Both the position numbers and the translations under genes were made by a program. The notes under the pieces are model-generated. The model was given only the letters and a program-made list of their open reading frames with translations, ran no database searches and was not told the DNA's origin. Shown here piece by piece: positions 1 to 11,506 of a DNA stretch of 64,000 nt. The DNA comes from Cyanophora paradoxa CCMP329 (lineage: Eukaryota; Plantae; Glaucophyta), in NCBI GenBank assembly GCA_004431415.1, contig QPMI01000436.1, positions 496,001 to 560,000 of the forward strand, written 5' to 3'. Numbering within the stretch: the stretch's first letter is position 1; every line of letters starts with the position of its first letter.

Positions 1-1001
1 CCGCCCGCTCAGGCGGAATCCGGATCCGCCGGCGCCGCGCCGCCGGCCCGCGGCCCCGCGGGCTGCGGCTGAAGTTCCGCCGCCCAGGAGCTCTCGATGT
101 AGCTACTACTACGGTAGTACTAGCCTACTAGCCGCTGAGCTATATATTAATATATGTCCAACGTGATACCGAGTATGCGTCGGATTGTCCCCGGTACGTG
201 GGTTAGGGACAACTTCGGGCTCGAAATAGCCGCCTCGAATTCAAGATCTTGCAATTGGGAATGTGACCGTCGGACATGAACAGGATTTGCACGTCACAGC
301 TGAATCTGAGCTCGAGCTAGCGCTGATCCGGCCGATTACATAAATCAAACAAGTTAGCTATAGTTTACACGGTTTACACGAATTAACCCTTCGATTCAAT
401 TCGACGGGGGGTTCGCCGGGAACTTCCGGGATCCGCCCCACCGTAGTCTCTCAAAAAAAACATTCGAAATTGATTCGAATTAAAATTCGCGCGCGCGAGC
501 AATTGCAATTGACTTCAAAAAGGTAAAGAGGATCTCGAAATGACTGTACCCGGGCAAGCCGCCGGCCGCCTCATATCGATAATCGATACAGTACCAGTAT
601 CCGATCCGGCGACGCCGTCCTGCAGCTGAGCTGCAGTTACAATTGCAACTTGCAAGCAGCAGCAGCAGCAGCAGAAGAAGCAGCTGCAGCCGGGGACGCT
701 GAGCAGAAGCAGGCCTAGAGACGCTGATCATGAGCGCTGCTAACGCTAGTTAGTTCGAACCCCGGCCCAGGAAGTGAAGCTCTAGCTATAGCAGCTGCCA
801 CCCCCGCCCGCTGCCAGGCCCTGAGGCTGACGAGCCTTAGGTGACTGAGAAGCGCTTTGTGCGACGCGTACGCGTGTACGTGCTGTTTCCGAACTTCCGA
901 AGTCGTCGGACTCCCACGTTCACCAGCGCCCCGCGCGCGGCCGGGAGCTTCGTCGATCCGATATCGATCGGTCCAGCTGCGGCCGGACTGGACCTCGCGG
1001 A

Positions 1002-2675
1002 ATGTCTGTGGACGTCGCCTCTCCCAGCTGCAGCTCTCCCGGGCTGAAGTTCCTTGAGCTCGAGCTCCAGCCCGGATCGGGGCGCAGCATGTGCACGTCG
1101 GTCTCGCTTGCCCTTCCGGCGCACGTCCCGGCGGCGCGCGTGCAGTACGCTTCGAATTCAGCAGCGGGGCCTGTGAAGCCTCTCCCGATTAACTATATTC
1201 CTACAGCGAAGAGCTGTCAAACGCCGCCCGCGGCCTCCGCGGGCGGCGCCCGCAGCGACGTTCTGGAGCTCGCGTCGCTTTCCCACTCGGCGCTCGGCGA
1301 TATGCACGCGGAGATCGATATGGATGCCCTGGAGCACGAGCTGAGGACCGTCCGGACGTCCCGGCGCTGCGCGGGCGAATTTGACCCCTCCGGTGCGCCA
1401 GGCGGCCCTTCATTCTCGCGCTACAACCGAGCGCGCATGCACTTGCTCGCGCGGTTCTAATCCCGCGCGCCTTTCGCTCCACCGCGCAGACTCCGGCGAA
1501 GAGATCGGGCCCGGGGCGCTGATGTGTCTGAGCCCCCTGTCGCCGGAGACCGACGACCAGGCGCCCCCTCCTTCCTCCCTCTCGACCGCCCTCTTTAGCG
1601 GACTCCGGGCCCTCAACGTCACTCTTTCGCGTGCGTGAGCCCCCTGAAAACAAATTTGAATATGAGGTCTAGACCTAGATCCCGACGCCCTTCCGTGATT
1701 TGATCTGATTTGATCTGATCCCGACCGGCAGCCTTGAACGCGCGGAGCCTCTCGCCGTCGCTGTCGCCCCGACCGCGGGCCGCGCTCACGTCCGAGGAGG
1801 TCCTCTGCGGGTCGGTCTCGCGGAACCGGTCCCTTCGCCGCTGCCAGACGATGTCGGGGACCTCTTCGGAGGCTCTCGGGCCCGGGCCCGGGCCCGGGCC
1901 CGCCGCCCCGAGCTCCGGATCTGGATATGGCGAAGGGGATTCGGGTTCGAATCCGGCCGCGGCGGGGCAGCAGCAGCAGCGGGCGCAGTGCCCCTCGCTC
2001 AGCAAGATCGCGAGCCTGCTCCTCGGCAATTGCAAGGTCCCCTCGTCGAGCTCGACGCGGGCCCCTGCTTCGGGTTCGTCGCTATCGCTGGCGCCAGCCT
2101 TCAGCTTGAATTTCAATTCGGAGGCGCCCTCGGCGCCCGCGCCCTCCGCGAGGCGGGGCAGCTTCGTTCGCTCGGCGACGTTCGCGGCGCGCCCGTCGCC
2201 CGCGATGGATTCGGACCCTTTGGACTTGGCCGCGGATCCGGAGTCCTGTGGAGCGCCCTCGGAGCCGGCGGCGACGCCTGAGGCCGCGGCGCCGCGGCCG
2301 TCGGCGACCGCGGCCGGCGCGTCGACCGCGCGGCCGGCCTCGGCGGCGCGGCGGGTGGCGCGGCCCAGCTCCCGGCGGGGAGCACGGCGCCGGCGGGGCG
2401 GGCCCGCTCCGCGAGCGCCCACGGCCGCCGGCGGGGCAGCGTGGCCGACTACGCCGACGACGAGGGCATGTGATCATGAGGCGTGGGGCGCGATGGCGAG
2501 CCCGGCCCCCGCCCCGGCCCCCGGTCCCAGCGCCGGCCGCGCCGCCGTGCGCCTCGAGCCTCCCACCAGAGTCCGGATCCGGCTCGGCTTTTTCACTTTT
2601 TTCAGACGTGACTTGTCTTATTTTCGCCTACTCATACGTACTTTGCGTATGTTCGTATCAGCTCGTATCCTTTGA
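1002..2675 (+). CDS. Hypothetical low-complexity Ser/Pro/Ala-rich protein, spliced; boundaries uncertain
   Basis: ORFs 1002-1460, 1381-1638 and 1734-2675 can be joined by plausible introns (acceptors GCGCAG ~1488 and GGCAG ~1731, donor GTGCGT 1631). An AT-rich 3' region follows. No recognisable domain. Confidence 0.4.
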
Positions 2676-3602
2676 ACTGTTTATGTTCCCAGTTAACCTG
2701 TATGCTGTATACTGTGTCCTCTGCATTCTCAAGTGTTCCGATCATCTGTGTACGTACTCTCCGAGACTTACATAATTAAGCAGCAGTTTAAGCTTCGCCG
2801 CGTTCTAGGTTATAATGGTCGCGATCGGCCGCCCATTGCATTCTGTATCCGTCCTCGTATATATGCGTATACGTATACGTAGATGCTTGGCAATAGATGG
2901 GTTATAATATTAATCTCTATCTATAGATCTAGATCTATCATAGTACTAGCTATAGTATCTCAGACTCAGAGTCTCTTTATAATTAAGTTTATTTAGCCGA
3001 GCATATATACTGCAGCTTGCTATAGCTATAACTATAGCTGTAATTCATATAAACGCGTGTAGCATTATAGATCTGCTTCGACGTCACTGAGTCAACTTTT
3101 GTTGCATGAAATTTATAATTACCAGTACACGTATATACGTAACGAGTCAATTGCAATCCGCTGAAACACGAATCTCGAACTTCATGATCATGATCAGCCT
3201 AGGCCTAGGCCGGCGCCGGGCCTAGGCCTGACATGTATACAGAATCGAACCCCGGCCCGGGACCCCGGCCGCGGCCCAGCTGCAGCCGGCGCCCGGCACC
3301 GCGCGCATGCCGGCTAGCGCTAGCACTGCTGCTGCCGCAGTGCACTATAGCTAGTCACTGAGTACTGCGGCAGCCTGGCAGCGCGCGCCGCGGCGCGCCG
3401 CGCGCGCGCCCGCCCCCCGCCGCGGCCGGGCCAGGGCCTGGCAGCTAGCTGCGCAACCGTCTAGATCTGCAGCAGCGCTAGCTGCAGCAGATAAGGGAAA
3501 AGGGAAAAGCGAGCGACGGGAACTCGGAATCGAATCCGAAGTCGAACGCGAGCGCGCGATCAAATTGCCGGGGGGATCAGCTGGTCGGGGATACGTGTTT
3601 CG

Positions 3603-5558
3603 ATGGAGGCCGAGCAACAAGCGCCCGCAGCTGCCGATGGAGACGTCAACGTCAGGATTGCTCCGGTGAGCGCGTATCCTCCCTCTAGAATCGGGTCGAT
3701 CGGAGCGCTGGGGCGCGAGCGCGGGAACGCGCCGCTGCGGAAACCCTGCGGCCCGGCGCGAAGCACGCGCATCGCGGGCATTACGCGTTCGACGCGAGCT
3801 ATGAGCCCACGCGTTCGCGCCCTGACGGCAGCGCGGGCGCAGATCCAGTGGAAGGGGCCCGAGAAAGCGCCGGACAAGACGGCGGAGGAGCTGGCCGCGA
3901 TGGCAGAGAAGCACAAGAAGCGGGCAGAGAAGTTCGGCGTCGAATTCAAGGAGCCCAAAGCGGATCTCTTCGTGCCGCCGAAAGAGCGGAAGAAGGTCGT
4001 CGTCCGGCGGCATGGCTTCGCTACGGGTGAGCGCGACCGCGCAAACGTCCCGCCAGCATCATCGCCGCGCTCGTAGCTCAGTCCTCGCCGCCGCAGGCAT
4101 CGACCTCATGAGCGAGGAGGAGAAGGCCAAGCGGGAGGCGAGGGCAAAGAAGGTGCGGGGCTCGCGGGGGGCTTGCCCGCGCGCCGCTGCCGACGCCACG
4201 CGCAGTTCAACATCGAGCTCGTCGAGATCAAGGCGATCACGACGGATCCGGAGCTGGAGAAGCGGCGGCAGCGCGCCTCCAAGTTCGGCCCGATGCGCGT
4301 CGAGGAGTTCATGGACGTCGAGGCCCTCGCGGAGCAGCGCAAGGATTGGGATCTCACCGTACCCCGCATCTGGGAGAGCGTGCACGTGCGCCCTTCCGCC
4401 CCGCCCTGCCCCGCCGCGATTAGATCGCCCCTCCGCGCACTTCCGCCGGCTCGGCTCAGGCGGCGCAGGTGTACGGCACCGACGACATGAGCACGGCGGA
4501 CGTGTTAGCTTACTTCAAGGAGTTCGGTCCCTCGTGGGTCACATGGATCAACGATTCCTCCTGTGCGCCCGCCGCTCCCGTACCCCCCCGGCGCTCCCGT
4601 ACCCCCGGCTGACATGCGCCGCGCGCCGCCTTCAGGTAACGTTGTCTTCGAGGACAGATTCAGCGCCAAGCGGGCGCTGTTCGAGCTGAGCACGGTCGCT
4701 CTCCCTATACCCCTGGACACGCCGCCCCCTCCCCCCAAGGGGAAGTCCCCCGCCCCTGCGCCCGCCGACGGCGCCCCGGCTCCGGCTCCGGCCCCCTCCG
4801 ACGACTCGGACATGGCCGTAGGTCGGCTTTCCCCCTCGCTGCGCCATCCTTCTCTCCCCGTCGCCTGAGCCCCGGCCAGAGCCTACGACTACGTCGGCAA
4901 CGAATGCGGATGCGGATGCAGCGGCGACGGCGGCGGCGGCGGCGGAGAACACCGTCGAGCTCTGCTGCTGGCGACAGGGCTTCGACGGCGCCAAGGGTAC
5001 GTCACCACGCGCCCCGCGTACCTCTGAAGCGTACCCCGGCGTGCGGTTGAACAAGGGCGGGCGGGCGGGTGCGCAGGGAACAAGCTGCTACTTAGGTTCG
5101 CGACCAAGCACGACGTCAAGCCCCCGGTCCGGGAGCGCAAGCCCTCGCTCTGGAGCCGCGTCCCCGCGCTCCGCATGGCCGCCGAGGACCCCAGCTACAA
5201 CCCCGCCGCCTACGAAGGTGGGCGCTTCGTTCGCTTCCTCTCTGCTTGCTCCGCCGTTCTCGGCTGAATTTTCGTCGCAGCCGAGCAGCAGCGGCGCGAG
5301 AAGAAGCGGGCGAAGCGCGCGCGGCAGATGGAGAAGCGCAAGGCGAAGAAGGCGCGGCCCTCGGCGGACGCGGAGATGGGGGAGGTCGGGAGCCCCATAT
5401 CAGCCGACGAGGACGGCGGGGGCGCCGGCGGCGGCAGCGGCGCCGAGGCCGGCGCCGCCGGCGAGGGGGCCGGCGCCGTCGGGGAGCCCGCGGGGGCTAC
5501 CGGTGCGGACGAGTCCTTTGTGGAGGTACCCCCCACGGAGCCGGGCGCGGCCGAGTAG
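3603..5558 (+). CDS. NCBP3: Nuclear cap-binding protein subunit 3-like (DUF2414 RRM-like) protein, multi-exon
   Basis: Spliced product contains KKRAEKFG and RQRASKFG, then ESVHVYGTDDMSTADVLAYFKEFGPSWVTWINDSSCNVVFEDRFSAKRAL, which matches the NCBP3 core (GVDxMSTxDV...WxxDxSCNVV). GT-AG introns keep the frame. Confidence 0.8.
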
Positions 5559-6146
5559 CAGTAGTAGCTGCCCCCTATAGCTAGGCCTCGGCTCGAGATT
5601 TGCAGAGCCTGCGCATGCGCATGCATATGCATCGGGGCCGGGCGGCCCGCCGGCCCGCCCCCCGCAACCCTCTCCCGGATTCCCCTCCTGCACCCCTCGC
5701 GCGCGATTGTGCACGAAGAAGTCAACTCGCTTAATTGAATGAAAGTCAACTGCGAGGGTTATCTCATTATCACGCCCTGTCGACACACAGCGCGGCGAAT
5801 TCGAAGGGAAGGGATTAAATATTGCTGGAAAATTACAATTATGGGCTTCAAAAAGCCAACAGGAATGAAGCGGGCCGTATTGAAAGAAAAGCAAGGAACT
5901 GCATAAACAAAGTCTACAAGAGCTGTCTCCACGCGGAGTTAACCTATCGGCGGGCGATACAGACTGACTCATTGTACAGCTACTACTGATGATCTTGGAT
6001 AAGCAAATCGAGAACAGGGCACGAGTATTCAGGGTCGCCGAGAAAAGCTGGCCGAATAAGGGGCCGGCAAGGCGGCCGCTGTGCCGCTGGTCCACTCAGA
6101 CAGAGCGGGCGGCGGGGCCGGCCGGCCGGCCGGGCGGCCGGCAGGG

Positions 6147-7541
6147 CTACTCCATACGTCGGCCCGAGCCGCCGATGAGGGAGATGATGAACACGAAGAG
6201 GCGCGTGACGTCAAGGTAGAGGGAGATGGTGGCCCAGATGTACTCGTCGGGCTTCAGGTGCTTCACGAGCACCGACGTGTCGTACACGATGTAGAGCCCG
6301 AAGAGGACGGCGCCCACCAGCGAGAAGACGAAGTGCGTGACGGGGCCCAGAGGCACGAAGAGCTGTATCAAGCCCCAGCCCGCGAAGATGCCGAGCACGA
6401 CGAAGAGCCTGCGCGTGCGAGGCGCGGCGCCGAGTCGGCGGGCTGCGTCGGCGGAGGCGCGAGCGGGGCGGCGGCGGCGGACCCTGCCCCCATGAAACTG
6501 AAGTCACGGGATGTCTGGAGCGTGTAAAGCGTGAGGCATATTGTGATGCCCGCTGTCAGCCCCGCAGCCTCCAGAACCTGGAAGCGCGCCGGTCGGTTGG
6601 GCGGAACGGGCCGCGCCGCGCACGCTGCGCATGAAGCAGGGCGCACCACCATCGCTGAGTAGTATGTGCAGATGACAGCTATCGTGTACGCCTCCACGAT
6701 TGTCTGCGGGACGGGGAAGTCAACGAACTGGCTTCCCGCGCCTCGCTGGCCCCTGGCACAGAGCGTGGGGGCCGTCAAAACTAGTGCAATATGAATGGCG
6801 AGCTCACCCAGAGGAGCAAAAGGACCTGCAGGGCGGAGGACAGTGAGCTCCTGCCAGTGAACACTCACGGGCGAGCAGGCGGCGGACCATGTTGGTAGGA
6901 TATGAGTGACGCTTGAACCACATGGGAACAAACAACGCCAAGGGGAGAAACACGGCAATCCAGAACACGGTTGGCGACGCCTGGACCCAGTTGCGGATGT
7001 CCGCGACAAACATGAAAAGGACGATGGTGGCGGTCGTGATAAGGAGCTGCAAGGATAGTATGCCATAGACCTTCCTCAGAAAACCTGGGGACGCAGGTCA
7101 GGCAGCGGCCGGTTGGCTCGGATTGAGGCATGATTGCGCACCGAGGCGGACACTAACGGCTGCGGCGCGGACGAATGCACTATAGGTCTCCGGAGTAGCT
7201 GTGGAATCTACTACAGCTCCGCCAGGTCGATCGCCCGGCCGGAAGATATGTAAGGTCGTGGTGGTGCGTGTCTGAGTCACCACCGCCGACGCGCCCGGAG
7301 GGACCAGGTCATAGGCCTCGAATCCCTTCTGATTCTCTTCATCTGCCCCAGATGCTGCGGGTGATGCCCCTCGTATCGTCAGCTTTCCAGCGACGGCTTC
7401 ATCGCCAGGCTCCGTAACGCCGGTCGAACTGCTGCTGCTCGTAACGAGGCTGCTGCCGCTGTAAAGAGGGATGTCTGGCAGCCCGCCCTTCTCCACATCC
7501 ACCTCTGCCGGTTCGGGCCGCACTTCTCTGGGGCGCACCAT
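6147..7541 (-). CDS. Bax inhibitor-1 / Lifeguard (TMBIM, GAAP-like) membrane protein
   Basis: Spliced exons give FLRKVYGIL..QLLITT, RHSYPTN, TIVEAYTIAVIC, VLEAAGLTAGITICLTLYTLQTSRDFSFMG and GAVLFGLYIVYDT...PDEYIWATISLYLD, the classic TMBIM signatures. Confidence 0.92.
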
Positions 7542-8212
7542 GTGCGCGTTGATCTGTGTACCGCCCCTTCTAACGAGGCGGATAGCCGGCGACAGAGGCG
7601 CTGGAGCTGCGTGTTTGCTGAGGCCAAGGCAAATCTCGCATGTACCCTGTCGGTCGCCGGTGTACCCAGCTTATCACCTAGCCTTTTTTTTCGGCCGCAT
7701 TTGCTGTGATCGCATCGTCTCGGGCTTAAGCTTGTCGCCTCGCCTCGGCTTGCGGCGATCGGTTAGATGTGTTGGGTTGCCTGCTGCAGCGGCGCGATCA
7801 GCCGTCGTGCTGCAGCCTGCAGCTATCGCGCCGCGCGCGCGCTGCTCGCATATGCATCGATTGCGGCGGCCGCGCGCGACCAGCTGGGCGGCAGGTTTAG
7901 GGCTTTCGGCGGCCGGCCGCGCGCGGTTGGGAACGTACGCGTGGACGTATACGTAGCAGCTGCATGCGCAGCTGCGCATGCATATGCAGGAGCGGGATCT
8001 TGACTAGTACTCGAAGTCGACGCGACAGCCAGGTTCGCCGGCCGCGGACTATAGCTATAGCTAGCACATACATAGCTAGTAGCTGGACTCCGCAGCAGCG
8101 GGAGCTCGAGCAGAAGTCGGCGCCGCGCCGGGCTACTCATGTCCGGTGCGCTGGTGCGCTGGCGCTCGCTTCGCGCCAGTGCTTTTCTCTCGAACTGAAA
8201 TTCGATCCGACG

Positions 8213-8984
8213 ATGTCGATCTCATATGCAAGCAGTCCTCGCAGCTCACATGCTCACGATCATGATCACCTATACGGCGTCCTCGCCTGAACCTCCGAGT
8301 GGCGCGTATTTTGGGCTTTGATTTACCCAGCGCCGGCCCGTCACTGCCCCGGTCCGTGGCCTCCAGATATCACCGGCGCGCGCGCGGCAGGCCTGAGACG
8401 CTGAACGACGCCGTCCTCCCGAGCGAACAGGTGATTGTACCCCTCCCCCCCTCCCCCCTTCCCCCCCTCCCCACTCCCCCCTCCCCTCCCCATGCGCGGG
8501 CTGATGCGCCCGCCCGCGCCCCCTCCCGCGCTCGCGCCCGCGCGCAGGTGTCCACGATGAAGCGGCAGCTGCGGCGGGCGGAGTTCGAGGAGCTGCCGGC
8601 CCAGGCTAGCGCTGCAGCTGGCGCGCGCCTCGGGATGACGCCCCGGACCCCGGATCGCAAGCCGCGGCCGTCGCCTCCGGGGAGCCGGCCCTGGGCCCAG
8701 GGCTCGCCGGCCCCGCGCACCGCGCCCGGGGCTGCCGGGCCGTGTCGAACCCCGAGCTGGATCCGTCGACCCGCCCCCTCGAGCCGCAGCGCAACAGCAC
8801 TCCGAAGTTGACGACGCGTAGCTGCAGCCGCAGCACGCGCACCCGCTCTCGTGGCGTGCCTCGCACGGCCCGCCCGCCGCGGCCGGCGGAGGTTTTCAAG
8901 CTCAAGCCCTCCGGATCCGCGCCCGGCGGCCTCGGCCTCGCGGAACCCCTTCAGCTTCGGATTCCACCACGTGCACAGATATAA
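8213..8984 (+). CDS. Hypothetical spliced protein; structure uncertain
   Basis: ATG at 8213 and a clear intron 8431-8547 (GTGATT...GCGCAG) joining ETLNDAVLPSEQ|VSTMKRQLRRAEFEE. The 3' end is ambiguous. Confidence 0.3.
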
Positions 8985-9998
8985 GGGTTGAGGCCCTTAG
9001 GGGGGTGGCGGTCACTGAGGACGCGAGGCGTAGCGCGAGGCGGGCTCCTGGGCGGAGCGGCGGCCTCCTATCTTAGGACGTCTTCGAGGTCCGCTGAGCG
9101 CGAGCACCTCGACGGGCGTGTCGACGGGCGTGTACACCACGTGCACCGTACCCGCAGCCGCCGTGCACGTGCATGCACGCGCAGGCAAGAGCTGCAGCGC
9201 CGGCCGCCGGCACCGCATGCGCAGCTGCTGCTGAGGCTTCCTGGCCCTCCGAGGAGCCTCGGCCTCGCGCACCGTCAAGGCGCAGCCGCAGCCGCAGCCG
9301 CAGCCGCAGCCGCAGCCGCCGGCTGGGGCGCCGCGCGCCGCAGCCGCAGCCGCAGCCGCCGGCCGGGGCGCCGTCGGCGCGGCAGAGGCCTAGGCCTAGC
9401 TATAGGGTCCCGCGGCCCGTTGTGCACGTGCAGAGGCGACGGCTGCTTCGCCGGAACCGCATGCGCAGCCGCAGGGCCCCCCGCGGCCGAGCGAGCTCGA
9501 GCCTAATTATGATCAGCTGCAGGGGCCTCGAGCTCGAGCTCTCGCCTAGATAGAGTAGCCCCCGGCCCGTGCGCAATAGTTTAGCCCGGGACCCGGGGCT
9601 TCGAATTCAGGGTCTATATATAGTATAATAGCTAGGTAACTTAGTAACCCGCGCGCGATAGTAGAGCCCGGGCCCGCGCCGGGGGCCTAGGTATATGTAC
9701 TAAGGGGGCCTGAACGTTGTGATATTGCGATCGATCATCGGAACTCGGAAAACGACTCGGCGAGCCTTGTCACTGCAGCTGATGTCCATCATATGAGTCA
9801 CTGAATTCGAATCACTAAATCGTCAACAAGGAGTCAAGGAGCATATGATCATGAACATGATCACGAGTAAAGAACTCGAAAGATGCAAACGCGCACAAAA
9901 ATTAAATCTACAGGGCTGAGAGCGACTGAGGCTAGGGCCTGTCACTAATTATAACACATCCTCTAGATCTCGATGCATATCTATGGCCTATATGGGCC

Positions 9999-10508
9999 TC
10001 AGTCGTCGTAGCGGTCGTTCTCGTAGCCACGGCAGTAGCCGGGCTGGCTCGTGGGCAAGGCCCAGCACTCTTGGCGCGTGATGGGCAGGCCCTGGAGGCC
10101 TTGGAACTGCTGCGGCTGCGGCTGGTACGCGTGCTGCGGGTACTGCTGCTGCTGCTGCTTCTGAGGGGCGGGCGCCGGCTGCGGGCTGCGAGCCTCGTTG
10201 TAGGCCTTGACGCCGCCCACGACGCACGAGCCGACGGTCTTGGCGACGACGCCTTCCACCGCGCCGCCCACGCAGTCCCCTTTGAAGAGAAGGCCCTTCG
10301 CGCAGCCGCCGGCGGCGGCGCCCGCGAGGCCGCGCAGGTCGGCCGCCTCGCTCACGCAGCCCTTGGCGCCCTGCCAGACGGCCTGCGCGCGCGACGCGAC
10401 CTGCTGCGGCGGCTGCTGCTGCTGCTGCGGGCGCTGCAGCGGAGGTGCACGTGGTTGCTGCTGGTAGGTAGCCAGCGTATACGTGCGCGTGGATCCGGAC
10501 TTGCTCAT
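9999..10508 (-). CDS. Small Gln/Pro-rich protein with a central Cys-containing glycine-zipper segment
   Basis: 169-aa ORF with strong GC3 bias and core GLAGAAAGGCAKGLLFKGDCVGGAVEGVVAKTVGSCVVGGVKAY. A GCGCAG acceptor lies just upstream of the ATG and AT-rich sequence follows the stop. Confidence 0.6.
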   Translation of the reverse strand: MSKSGSTRTYTLATYQQQPRAPPLQRPQQQQQPPQQVASRAQAVWQGAKGCVSEAADLRGLAGAAAGGCAKGLLFKGDCVGGAVEGVVAKTVGSCVVGGVKAYNEARSPQPAPAPQKQQQQQYPQHAYQPQPQQFQGLQGLPITRQECWALPTSQPGYCRGYENDRYDD

Positions 10509-11506
10509 CGCTGCGCATGCAGGAGGAACGTAAACGCCCTACCGGATCGCGGCGGCGAGAAGAGAAGCTCAAGGCAAGTCCGACCTTCAAACACGCGTTG
10601 GAGTTCAGCGGCAGTAGCTTGCCGGGACGCGCGGGATCTGGGGAGAGGATGCGAGCGTCGTCAGCACGTTGGGGCCTGGAGAGAGGAGAGAGAGGAGAGC
10701 TGACCCTCCAAGCGCGGAAGCTTTTGCGTGCGACTGTGCGCGGCCCTAGAACGAAGGGGAGCGTTTTGGCTGCAGCTGATTTGTTAGCTGACCTTGGACA
10801 AATGACCTTGGCGGCCATATGTCAAGTTACCAAGTCAAACGACGGTGTCAACTGACTCTGCATGTCGCCGTTATCGTCCGAAGTTCATGTCACCGTCATG
10901 CGATGATAGTCCGAAGTTCAATTGCAACCGACGCTGTCGGCTGGAGCTGGGACGCGAAGCTGCGCGCCAGCGAATCTTGCTGCAACGCCGCATGCATTCC
11001 GAGAGGGTTCCGACGCGCCGCATTGCCAGGTCTGAGCCGAGACTGAGCGAGTGCGGGGGGTACGGGCCCATGGCTTCAATGTGCGTGCGGCCCGCGGCCG
11101 GCGGCAGGGCGCGCGCCGGCCTCCCGGCCCGCAATTGTAAACGCATACGTGCACATGCATGCGCCTTGAACAGCCCGAACCCCGCGGCCGTGTCAGACAG
11201 ATAGGCCGGCGCCGGCGCGGCGCCCGGCCGACGCGCGCCTGGGCCGCCTGCAGCTGCAAACCTACGGCACGCAGCGAAAAGCGAGCTGCTTCTCTTTCGA
11301 TCTCTTTCGAATTCGATGCTTCTTGAGGACGGGTCGAGGGGCGAGGGGCCAAGAGGGGATCCGGAAAGCTGGGAGGGAAGGGGACGGGAGGGGCGGGTGG
11401 GCCCCGCGCAGCGCTGCGCATGCACGCGGCGGGGCGAAGGGTGGAAAGGGAAGGGGGCGGCTACAGCTATCTATAGCTACGGCTCCAACCTCTCCTACTG
11501 CTACTA

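Noticed and set aside
1-101. Possible 3' end of an upstream CDS
   Set aside because: Too short to establish frame or product.
153-277. Short inverted repeats (atgtccaacg/cgtcggacat; ttgtccc/gggacaa) as a MITE or ncRNA
   Set aside because: Too short and imperfect, with no target-site duplication or recognisable RNA family.
383-392. TTAACCCT (and TTAAGGG at ~56071) as piggyBac ends
   Set aside because: No matching extended TIR or transposase was found, and TTAA is common filler here.
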